Origin: Lingula anatina
Taxonomy: Eukaryota; Animalia; Brachiopoda
DNA: 64,000 nucleotides
Reading direction: 5' to 3'
Assembly: GCA_051362555.1 (NCBI GenBank)
Contig: CM120646.1
Coordinates: 1,984,001-2,048,000, forward strand
Shown here: positions 41,501 through 50,310 of the stretch, piece after piece
Layout: the number at the start of each line of letters is the position of its first letter
Position numbering within the stretch: the stretch's first letter is position 1
The notes under the pieces: generated by a model
What the model saw: only the letters and a program-made list of their open reading frames with translations
Databases searched by the model: none
What the model was told of the DNA's origin: nothing
Position numbers and translations under genes: made by a program

Positions 41501-44500
41501 TTATACTATTATTGTTCACCTGAAATAAAAATGTCTCCTGTCCTCAGTTAATGGAGAGTGGTCTGAATGGACAGCGTGGTCCAGTTGTGGTCAGGTTGGA
41601 GAGTATAGCTCAGGTGACCAATGCCAGTGCAGGAGTAGGTCATGTGACAAGCCAGCGCCCATGTTTGGGGGGCGAGACTGCCCTGGATCTAGTATACAAG
41701 TGACTAACTGTACAAGTAAGAAACCTATTTTAAATCAAATTGAGATTCCATCACAGATTCCTTTGGTATGTGTTAATATATGATTTGCCTAGAAGCTTGT
41801 ATTTGTTTGGTAGATATGAAGTAGTAACATCTGATTTTAGTTTTGAAAAATTTTTTACATTCATAAAAAGACAAACTAAGGTGGTTGAAAATGTTATCTC
41901 CAAAGTTGGCAGAGGAAAATAAACTGAAGGAATCATCATAAATTGGATACTTTATTTATAATTGTGTTATTTTGATTTCAGCTCACGGAGGATGGACACC
42001 ATGGTCCCCATGGACTGCGTGCTCGCAGTCGTGTGGTACAGCCATGCGTTCACGTATGCGGTCATGCAGCAATCCAGCACCCCAGTTTGGTGGGCGTGTG
42101 TGTATTGGCCAGGAAAGAATTGATGAGAATTGTGTAAATAATCCACCATGTCCAGGTAAGCAGACAATACATAAGTAACAGGTCCTTAGCCAGAATTTGC
42201 AAAGAGAGGGGTTCTAGTTCTGATAAAGTGGACCTTAAACCATGAATCTTTGCACCTAGGTCAAATTTTACCCAGAGCGGACCTTTTTCCAGCAAAAAAG
42301 GTGGTTTGTTGGATTGATTGGAATCTATGGAGTTGATATATTGACTGTGCTGTGGATTCAACATGATCCAATATTGTGATGTTTACAAAGATATTTTTAA
42401 ATCAGATGCAGTTTGATTCAATTGAGGCTATCACAGCCTTTATTACTGTGCATAAACGATGCTTTCATATTCATGGTTTCTCCCCTTTTTTCAGTCCCAA
42501 CAAAAATTCCTTTAGATGGGGGATGGACTCGCTGGACAGAATGGGAGGCCTGCACTGCAGAATGCGGTGGTGGTTTCCAGAGGCGTTATCGTTCCTGTAC
42601 CAACCCACCTCCACAAAATGGTGGTGTCCATTGTGATGGCAATAATGAACAATGGAGGACATGTAATAGTGGTACTTGCAATGGTGAGTTAGCAGATTTT
42701 GTTTGGATAATAATGTATTGCAAGGAATTTTTGTAAGTTGCTATCTATTAGCTTTCTGGTAGTTTTGGCATGCCCTCCCAAGTATAATATTTGAAAATTT
42801 GATTGAAGTCATGATTGTGAAATAAGGCATGATTTTAATATCTTTGAGATATTATTCAGTAAATTTTATTCTGAATGATGAAATATATTTAAATATTAGC
42901 CAACTATGGATTCGATTTAAAAATAAAGATGCCTTTCTCTAAGTTTTTCCTCTATCTCTGCAGAAATCCGTAAGTCCAGTGCCTGGACGGGATGGGTGAT
43001 TCGTAACATAACCAATGGTGGCTACATCCAGCAACGATTCCAGTTCATGTGCAGGGCCAGCATTCCTGTGGACAGTGCTCTCCAGGAGCCAACGATACGC
43101 ATGCAAGAACGATTCTGCTTAGAGAGTGGTGAAGACTGCACTGACTCAGGTGAGCTCCATACTAACCCCTCCCCCCTCCCGCCCACGCAGGTGATAAAAC
43201 ACTATTGTAAGCAGTGGTATAATGTTTTAGAGGGTTTTTGCAAATGTGGGGTGGTGGGAAACTACTTGGCGTGTGAAAAATGTGACTTTTTAATGAAAAA
43301 CACTGAGACTCTTATCTCAAAGGAGGAAGGAAAGAATTCCATTAGGAAGGGCAGTGTTGAAGACGTTGGTAATATGCAAAAGAAATCCGATCATATTGCC
43401 TCAATAACTCAAAAGCAACCTGAGATACTGGATGATACAAAACTGACTTCACAGACATACCTTTCTACCCCAATGCCAATTGACCCAGCTCAAAACTCTT
43501 TCAATTCCTCACACATAACAAACAAATCCCTGTCCACATTCAAGAAAGACAATAAAGAGACTAATCAATCTTTACAAAAATATTCTCAAGTGCTTGAGAC
43601 CAAGGACAAGGAGAAAGATATTTACATTGAGAGATATTCTGGGGAAGATAAAAAAAGAGATCATATTATTGACATTCAAAGTGGGAATGATCTTGTAGAA
43701 GACAGAGAGGAGGATGTCATAAATATAGATGGCAGTGGTAGCAATGAGGAGCCAGATCCTGTGTTAGAGGGTACAGATGGCAGTAGTAATGATGAGGAGA
43801 CAGATGCTGAAATTGATGTTTTGGGACAGAATAGCGGGACAACTGATGATCATATTGATGATGATAATGAAAATGACAAATTTAACAGTGGCTCTGGGGA
43901 TGATAAAACCTAACTTCTTAATGAATTTTAGGAAAAAAGTCCATACCATATCAGTATTTTAAGAGATAGAACTGAAAATGTGGTTCAACGTAATATCTTA
44001 TGTAAAGTTTTGATACAAGCACCATGTTAATACATACCAAAGCAGTTGCCATAATTTATTTCCAGCAAAATATTTGAGTACATTCAGTTTGTATTGGTAG
44101 CCTGAGCAGTATTAAGACAAAGGGATTGTTGTTATTTTACCAATGTTTTCCTGTGGGTTATCTGTGTGATTATACCTAGTAAATTTAACTGTTTGTGCTT
44201 GTTCATGAAATGACAAAATAAGAGCACCTTCCACTTTTTACTGCAGTTTCACACCAAGATTGTATTTGCAAGAAAAAATGATATTGATATTCATAAGCAT
44301 GCAAGTCTTAGAGCTGGTCTCAAAGAAAAACCATTGAATGTGCTTTTTCTGTATTGTTGAAATAGTCCAGAAATGGCAGGATTGGGAAGCAATAAGCTAC
44401 GTAAAATATGCTTATCTTATTAGAAAAGAATTCTAGTTCTCTTAAAAAACGGATTTTTACCATAAATCCAAAGTAATGCAATTACAACTGTTACAAAAAA

Positions 44501-47500
44501 AAAAACTGTATATTTAAATTATTAATTGTCAATTTCTCAGTTTTATTAAGATATTTGTTTAATTTGTTTACAATTGATGTCAGTGACATAGACGGTGCAT
44601 GGGATATGTGATTCTAAGAGGATGAGTGTGTGTGTTCTTGACCCTGTCTCATATCCAATATCCCCTTCAGACCCCCTTCCCATAATTCCACCATCAACCA
44701 CTCAAGATGTCACACAGTGGCGACCCCTATTTCAAGACACCTCCAAGCCACACCTGTTTGGTCTTCCGCCCTCTTGTCCTTTCCAAGAAATTCCCATTGG
44801 TCTGTTTTACGAACCCTTGTGATATCTCAAGATTTCAAGATTAGCATGTTCTGCTAAACTGCATGGGGTTTAGAGTAGGCAAACTAAACACTTTGTACAG
44901 GCGGTCGCTATTACAACCAGTCAAACAAGGTTCAATTGTTTAGATTTCATTTGGCTGGACTCTTCAATTTTGCACGCTTCATTTATCCGACACAAATGCT
45001 TGGATTTTTTAAGAAGCATTCAGGAAATTTGCCAAAATATACTCAAAGCAAATTAGTTAAAGAAAGAATTTTGGATACAACCATAATGAAAATAATACTG
45101 TTACCCATGGTGTGGGCAGAAGTGTGTTGAATAATTATCAAAAAAGCCATTAAATTTGAATCTTTTTTGGCTGTTTGTCACATAACACATGCTTCTTAGT
45201 ATCACATATCCTTAAGATCCTGTCACCAGTGTACATCTGTTTCTCTGTCAGTGAGTTCTCAATGTTCAGTGATTTGAAGTAGATGTGTATATGGTCTTTT
45301 TTCACATGGTTTGGAATTTTTGTGAATAAATTAATTTTAAATCTACATATGATGTTAGACCTGGACTGGAGTTGCTGCAGTTTAATGTTGAAATTCAAGT
45401 TGAAGTTGTTTTTTAATTGGCATATCTGATTGGTCAAAAGAGCAGGCAGCTATCAGAAGTGCCCAATCAGATCTTTTGTAATAACTTGCTAAGAATTCCG
45501 GCAAGACAAGCTTTAAAGGTAAGAGACACTTAGTCTCTAGGCATGACATAGCAAATTATGAAATTTGAAATGTTAGATTTTATGCAACACTAACAGAATG
45601 GAGCAGCTGCATAGGAAAATACACTGCAGAGTGATATTCTTCACATGCATCGGAATGTTTGATGGCTATTTTATTCAGTATTTATTTATTTATAAACAAT
45701 CCCAAACCCTTATAATTTTGCACCATTTTAATGACTGCCTGTGCCAAAATTAGTTTGCATGTGATTATGCTACCTTCCTATGTGACTTATAACCTTTGTT
45801 ATAGGTTAATCAATTGTATTTAAGATGGATGATAGATGGTTTAGAATTTATTCTTGTTATATTTGTAGAGTGCAAAAAGTATTTTTAGACACTTTCTTTG
45901 AATATACTAGAAAAGGTCATGAGTTTAGTCAGATGTTTTAGAATGTCAAATCCATTTATGGTTGGTTTGTTCAGAAATAGTTGTGTTCAGGGCATTATTT
46001 TTTGTCAGAATATCGCGAGTTTTGTAATCAATTAGCTTAGTGACTTACGTGGGACATGTTAAGCTGCATTATGAATTTATTTCTGTTTGTTTGATTATTT
46101 ATTAGAAATTTTTTATTGTTGATCATCAAGACAGAGTTCTGCCTGATGATGGTAGTTAATTTTGGATGGGGCATACCAGATTGTAAAAAATTGAGAAACA
46201 ATTAGGGGTGGCTTGAAGACTTTGGGCATACGAGGAAAGATCCTGAAAATGAGATTCATGTAGTTTCGACAATTTATTCCCTTTGCCTTATTTGGAAATG
46301 AGAATTGTTTTGAAAACAATTTATCTTGTGATTGATCTGTCTGAAGAAAACTTTGTTAAAGCAAGAAAAGGGAGGAGGAGTTGTATAAGTTTCTTAATTG
46401 TCATATTAGGTTTACTCATTATTGCATGGCTTTCCCATTAACAGTAAAGTAGACAGAGTTACCATAACACCCCCCTCCCCCCCCCCCCCAAAAAAAAAAG
46501 GTGACAAAAGAAAAAAAGAAATCGTAAATTGAACTCAAGAATACCACCTGTACTAATAATAGTAATATACCTACATTAAAAAAAACAGTCGTTAGACTGG
46601 GAATGTTTTTAACAGATCATGGGTCTTTTGTGTGTTATCAGGAAAGTCATTATTATATTTTGTGAATGGGATTGTCTTTTTGTTCACATTTTGACCCATG
46701 GCATAACTAAATCTTACCACTTGAAGGAAAATTGCAAAAACTTTTAAGATTGTGAACTTTCTTATCTTGGCACTTGATAACACAAGTAGATCCGATTTCC
46801 AGTCTAAAATATCCCTGCCTAAACAGGCCCTTGTAGTATTATAAAATACTGTGCATGATTGCTTTGTCATTTAATTCCATTGATGTTATCATTCAGTTTG
46901 ACCAGGTCCAAGCTATGGTCAGTTAACAGTTTGTGGACAGTTGTACTAAAGAATGACTATTACGTGTGTGGAACATTACTATTTATGAAGTGTTGTTCAG
47001 TGCATGAAGTGGCTATGATGTATACCTGGGGAAAAGTGTGTGAGGATGTCTGACATTCAGTTGATATTAAGCAAAAGGTTACCATGGAGTCCATGCCGAG
47101 TCCTTCTTTTATATCCCCACTTGGCCTTTCTTGATCCCGATTTTGCTGAAAGTAAAGTTTAGTACAAAATAGTGATTTATTGTAATCTCTGTATTTTTTT
47201 TTTTTTTTTTTTTTTTTTGTTTTAAAATTAATTGTGATGCTACATCTTCATTGTGTATATCTGCTCCTGTTCCCCCATCCACCCAACCCACCCACCCCCA
47301 TCCCTACTCCCCCCCCCCCCAAAAAAAATCCAAAAATACATGAAAAAATTTTGAAATGTATTAATTGTATGAGTGCATGTAGGCTGATTGGATATCTAAT
47401 CTTAAACATAAAATCAAACAATATTGTTTAATATTTCAGCTCAAAGGCCAAATGTTAATGGCAGCTGGTCTCCTTGGAAGCCTTGGTCGGAATGCAATGC

Positions 47501-49289
47501 TGAATGCAATGGCGGAATTCAACGACGAGAACGCTCATGCACAAACCCTCCTCCTAGTGGTAATGGGAAAGATTGTGTTGGTTTGCCAATAGAGACACGA
47601 GAGTGCAATACACATTCTTGCAAAGGTACTTTTTGGTTACTATCAACAAAGGATGTTATATATACCTGCTTTTCATTGATTAATTGATTGTTTAGTTGAT
47701 TGATTGTTTATAGGTGAAATTGTGCAGTCTGAAGAAATGTGCACATGTAATATATTTGAAGTACAGCATTACACTTATAACATATTTAACATAATCAATA
47801 TGTAAGGTTAAATTTATTAGTCCAAGATGTTAAAAAAGATGATTTATGGCACAATGCGGGTGTGTATGATTGGGTGTTGTTTTTTTTTTATTTGTGAATG
47901 TATTCTAAATTATCACGATAAAAATTGCCACAATATTATAATGCTTCATTAATCCTGCAAAACTGCACCTCTTGCTAAGCAGCTCCCTCTATCTTCTATA
48001 TTTCCAGGCTCTTGGTCTTGCTGGTCCGATTTTAGTGCATGTAGTGTCACATGTGGAAGAGGTCGGCGGTTTCGCATGCGCACATGTAGTAGTAGTGTCG
48101 CTGGAAAAACATACACTATCCCATGCGCGGGCAGTGATAAAGAGGAAGAGGCATGTGAAATGCCTGCATGCGGTACCGTGCTGCGTATGTATAATATACT
48201 GTTATATATTAAATATTTATGTGCGTGTGTGTGTGTGTGTAATAATGAAATATATTTTGCGTTTAAATTAGGAATGTCTAAAATAGAATAAGTTTGAAAT
48301 GCATGATAGGTAGACTTACAATATATTTATCATAAAGGTATTATTATCTGTTACAATCTTGTGTATATATGTCATATGATGATAACTTGATACATTTTTT
48401 TTACAGAAGAAGATGGCTGGGAGATGTGGACGGCATGGGGCCCATGTACATCAGATCAAAAACAAGTCAGGCGGCGTACTTGTACATTGGTTCTCGGGTG
48501 CGAGGGCCCAGAGGAAGAAACCAGGATGTGTAATGAAATACGTAAGTATATATTAAACGTGGTGCAGAACTGAGTGTCATCATAATGAGTAGTACCTGTA
48601 AATTTATATATCACACTCTTAGCAGTTTGTAACTATTATTGCAGATGGATGTAAACATTTTTTTTTTCAATTTTTAGAAAGTCATTTAAAATGAAGAAAC
48701 TGAACTTAAATTTCTAAAACTTTATTTAAGAATATTATAGATACATGTTTTTTCAAATGAAATTATAAATACATACAAAAGATGCCAGCCTTCGTTGCTT
48801 CAATTTTCATTTTTTTTTAGGTCTGCTTTCATCTCCAAGCATTGATCATTTAGCTTAAATGTTATTTTCATTATCTCTAATTTGTACTTAATCGATTTGA
48901 TTTTAGCCAACATGGCGGCAGTTATGGGTGGACAGGAGAATGGAATCCAAGTCGTCCATGTTGTTGTCGTTGCTCTGTCTGCATTCCTTTTGGGTGGAGT
49001 TATTAGCATTGGGCTTTTCCTGTATATTCGACATTTCCGAAGAAGCAAAGAGGAAATAAAGCAGAACAAGCAAAATAAAATGCTTTATGACAGCAAGCCT
49101 CACTTACATCCCTTCCCATCATTCCCATCAAACATGGATGTCACACAACAAAACGGGAACAATCCTCGATATTACAGCACAGGATCGCTGACTTTAAATA
49201 ATAAAGATAAAATGACAGTTAAAGAGGCCACACTAAAAAGAACATCTCTCATGAGAACTAATTTGTCTTTAACAGACCAGGAGTTATAG
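7010..49289 (+). CDS. SEMA5: Semaphorin-5 (SEMA5A/5B/Sema5c-like), transmembrane isoform, 20 coding exons, 1066 aa
   Basis: Manual splicing of 20 GT-AG exons gives one open frame of 3201 nt. It contains a signal peptide, Sema motifs ([66 protein letters not shown]), PSI (DPYCGW), seven TSP1 repeats (WxxWxxC...RxRxC), a TM helix and a cytoplasmic tail. Sema+PSI+7 TSR+TM is diagnostic of class 5. Confidence 0.96.
15315..15726. repeat. Recent 206-bp tandem duplication in Sema5 intron 1
   Basis: 15315-15520 and 15521-15726 differ at only a handful of positions. Confidence 0.92.
19274..19386. repeat. (CT)n-(CA)n compound microsatellite
   Basis: Directly visible. Confidence 0.95.
19571..19643. 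repeat. (TG)n microsatellite
   Basis: Directly visible, about 36 units. Confidence 0.95.
32219..32327 (+). CDS. SEMA5: Sema5 coding exon 2 (Sema domain start)
   Basis: ttccAG acceptor, DLQSSSASYRTYRNNDIKEYMELTLDIPRRQLIAGAR, donor GTAAGC; phases 1 to 2. Confidence 0.9.
32333..32375. repeat. (AG)n microsatellite immediately after the exon-2 donor
   Basis: Directly visible. Confidence 0.9.
32676..32784 (+). CDS. SEMA5: Sema5 coding exon 3
   Basis: tttcAG acceptor, NHILRLSLDSLDALEVAKWGTKNETRGLCMAKGQSE, donor GTAGTA; phases 2 to 0. Confidence 0.92.
33101..33199 (+). CDS. SEMA5: Sema5 coding exon 4
   Basis: [33 protein letters not shown]; ttttcAG / GTAGGT. Confidence 0.95.
33744..33809. repeat. 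17-bp minisatellite, about 4 copies (AAGGACTATAGACGTCT)
   Basis: Three exact copies plus a 15-nt fourth copy. Confidence 0.95.
36211..36303. repeat. 49-bp-period tandem duplication
   Basis: AGAATGGATAACA.CAATAACAAATTAAATAGAAG.GACAATTG occurs twice. Confidence 0.9.
37289..37502 (+). CDS. SEMA5: Sema5 coding exon 5
   Basis: LTNLGEVTRTEDGASKCPYNPHHNAT...LRTVQYNSKWLN; ttgcAG / GTATGG; phases 0 to 1. Confidence 0.95.
37787..37875 (+). CDS. SEMA5: Sema5 coding exon 6
   Basis: EPVFVSSYEIGELVFFFFRETAAEYINCGK; ccacAG / GTATAA. Confidence 0.95.
38083..38282 (+). CDS. SEMA5: Sema5 coding exon 7
   Basis: [16 protein letters not shown]...[26 protein letters not shown]...FTTP; ttacAG / GTAAGT. Confidence 0.96.
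38315..38539. repeat. C-rich low-complexity tract followed by (CA)n
   Basis: CCCA/CCAC-rich blocks with G runs, then (CA)n at 38495-38539. Confidence 0.85.
39405..39540 (+). CDS. SEMA5: Sema5 coding exon 8
   Basis: SSMYGSAVCVYNMTAFQKAFEGPFKYQESSKHAW...; ttacAG / GTCAGT. Confidence 0.94.
39802..39932 (+). CDS. SEMA5: Sema5 coding exon 9
   Basis: CQSNKEREAGMSQTDIGNAQKYQMMDSAVQP...; ttacAG / GTAGCA. Confidence 0.92.
40171..40366 (+). CDS. SEMA5: Sema5 coding exon 10
   Basis: WSHIVVDTV...VMFVVNMEGVLKKIV...CVLEEI...MELYN; atatAG / GTAAGG. Confidence 0.92.
40576..40652 (+). CDS. SEMA5: Sema5 coding exon 11 (end of Sema, start of PSI)
   Basis: GNIYISTSQEIIKIQVHRCHRFKSR; tttcAG / GTATGT. Confidence 0.92.
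41202..41341 (+). CDS. SEMA5: Sema5 coding exon 12 (PSI domain)
   Basis: TCTRSMDPYCGWSSKHNQC...WHQRPINQCP; gtccAG / GTAAGT. Confidence 0.95.
41548..41715 (+). CDS. SEMA5: Sema5 coding exon 13 (TSP1 repeat 1)
   Basis: INGEWSEWTAWSSC...CQCRSRSCDKPAPMFGGRDCPGSSIQVTNCT; symmetric phase-1 exon. Confidence 0.95.
41982..42155 (+). CDS. SEMA5: Sema5 coding exon 14 (TSP1 repeat 2)
   Basis: HGGWTPWSPWTACSQSCGTAMRSRMRSCSNPAPQFGGRVC...PPCP; phase 1-1. Confidence 0.96.
42179..42310 (+). mobile_element. Diverged copy of the 62290 element in Sema5 intron 14
   Basis: Shares blocks GCCAG(G)AATTT, TGGACCTT..ACCATGAA and ACCTAG...AAATTTTACCCAGAG...GACCTTTTT with 62290-62415. Confidence 0.65.
42495..42683 (+). 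CDS. SEMA5: Sema5 coding exon 15 (TSP1 repeat 3)
   Basis: DGGWTRWTEWEACTAECGGGFQRRYRSCTNPPPQNGG...CNSGTCN; phase 1-1. Confidence 0.96.
42964..43149 (+). CDS. SEMA5: Sema5 coding exon 16 (atypical TSP1 repeat 4)
   Basis: EIRKSSAWTGWVIRNITNGGYIQQRFQFMCRA...ERFCLESGEDCTDS resembles the atypical WTPW...NGGHYEQRFRYTCKA repeat of vertebrate SEMA5A; ctgcAG / GTGAGC; phase 1-1. Confidence 0.93.
43150..43913 (+). CDS. Predicted alternative terminal extension of exon 16 (secreted Sema5 isoform with acidic Ser-Gly tail)
   Basis: Exon-16 frame stays open for 764 nt past the donor to TAA at 43911-43913. The sequence is purine-rich and coding-like in an otherwise stop-rich intron, with an in-frame 48-nt internal duplication and no hydrophobic helix. 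Confidence 0.7.
47440..47625 (+). CDS. SEMA5: Sema5 coding exon 17 (TSP1 repeat 5)
   Basis: VNGSWSPWKPWSECNAECNGGIQRRERSCTNPPP...ECNTHSCK; phase 1-1. Confidence 0.96.
48008..48172 (+). CDS. SEMA5: Sema5 coding exon 18 (TSP1 repeat 6)
   Basis: GSWSCWSDFSACSVTCGRGRRFRMRTC...CEMPAC; ttccAG / GTACCG; phase 1-1. Confidence 0.94.
48407..48541 (+). CDS. SEMA5: Sema5 coding exon 19 (TSP1 repeat 7)
   Basis: EDGWEMWTAWGPCTSDQKQVRRRTC...CEGPEEETRMC; ttacAG / GTAAGT; phase 1-1. Confidence 0.94.
48907..49289 (+). CDS. SEMA5: Sema5 terminal coding exon (TM helix and cytoplasmic tail)
   Basis: ttttAG acceptor in phase 1; VVHVVVVALSAFLLGGVISIGLFLYI TM helix followed by basic RHFRR; ends TDQEL-TAG. Confidence 0.92.
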
Positions 49290-50243
49290 CAAAGGCCCTG
49301 CTGTTGAAGTGACCCATAGGTGTCACTTTTACACATGACAAGCTGGTGTCAGGATTTCGACCCAGTACTTACAGAAAACCTATGCAGCAGCTGAAAATTG
49401 AAATACTGTGATGATGCACTGAGGTTACAGTAATGTAAGCAGTGGAAAGCAGTATTGCTTTGTATATAAGTATATCGAAGATTTTTCTTCCAAACATTAC
49501 ATATGAGAACAATGGATTGTGTTGTAGTGATGCACTGATTCCAGAACTCTGATGTATACTCACTTTGCCCCTGGATACAAGGTGACTGTATTGGAAATGG
49601 AGGGAGGCCATATTTCAGTTGCAATTTGCCCACAGTGACAAATAACTAATGTTGCAACAATTGGTGCTTTTTGTTTAAAAAAATGATGCAGAGTTACAGA
49701 TATGGGTAACAGACAACCATACTTCCTCAATGATTCAACAAATTGTACTCTAGTGAGATGATGACCACAGAGGGAAAAAAAAAGAAGAGTGAAGAAAATA
49801 TCTGGAGTTTTCTTTCTCAGTTTTGCTACCTGTTGATTGTAAAATGGATGAAAAATGATCAAATCTAGTTTTTGACCAAAAACCTAGTGGCCATTTTTAA
49901 CATTATCATAGTATTAATGGGGAACAGAAAGATGGACTGTAACTTACAGATACTGAAGAGATTGATGAGAATGGGGCTTTGAAGAAGATGGCCGTCCACA
50001 TTATAAACAGTATACGTAACCTGGCACTTATGTAGTGACATCTTGTGATATTACTCAAGTAATATTAGTTTGATAGTTTATGAATAATCTAATATTGGTG
50101 TCCCATTAACTCTCTTAATTTCTGATATTCTGTAACATTGTTTTGATGCTGTCGTGGATATTTTTTAAAGATGTGGGTTTCGAAGCCAATAATTGTTGAA
50201 GAGATGATTAAGATGCATAAGTAGACTGTAGAAATGTGAGGAA

Positions 50244-50310
50244 GAAATTTGAGATATTCCTTGAAGGGGAAATTTGAGGTATTCCTTGAAGGGGAAATTT
50301 GAGATATTCC
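50244..50310. repeat. 25-bp tandem repeat (about 2.7 copies) in the Sema5 3' UTR
   Basis: GAAATTTGAG(A/G)TATTCCTTGAAGGG repeated. Confidence 0.9.

Noticed and set aside
44581-44822. DIDGAW (TSR-like start) and a Pro-rich 75-aa ORF in intron 16
   Set aside because: DIDGAW is followed by a stop after two codons, and the nearby acceptors give a stop or the wrong phase relative to exon 16.
49272-49289. C-terminal DQEL as a KDEL-like ER retrieval or PDZ motif
   Set aside because: The tail is cytoplasmic, so KDEL-receptor logic does not apply, and Gln at position -2 fits no standard PDZ class.
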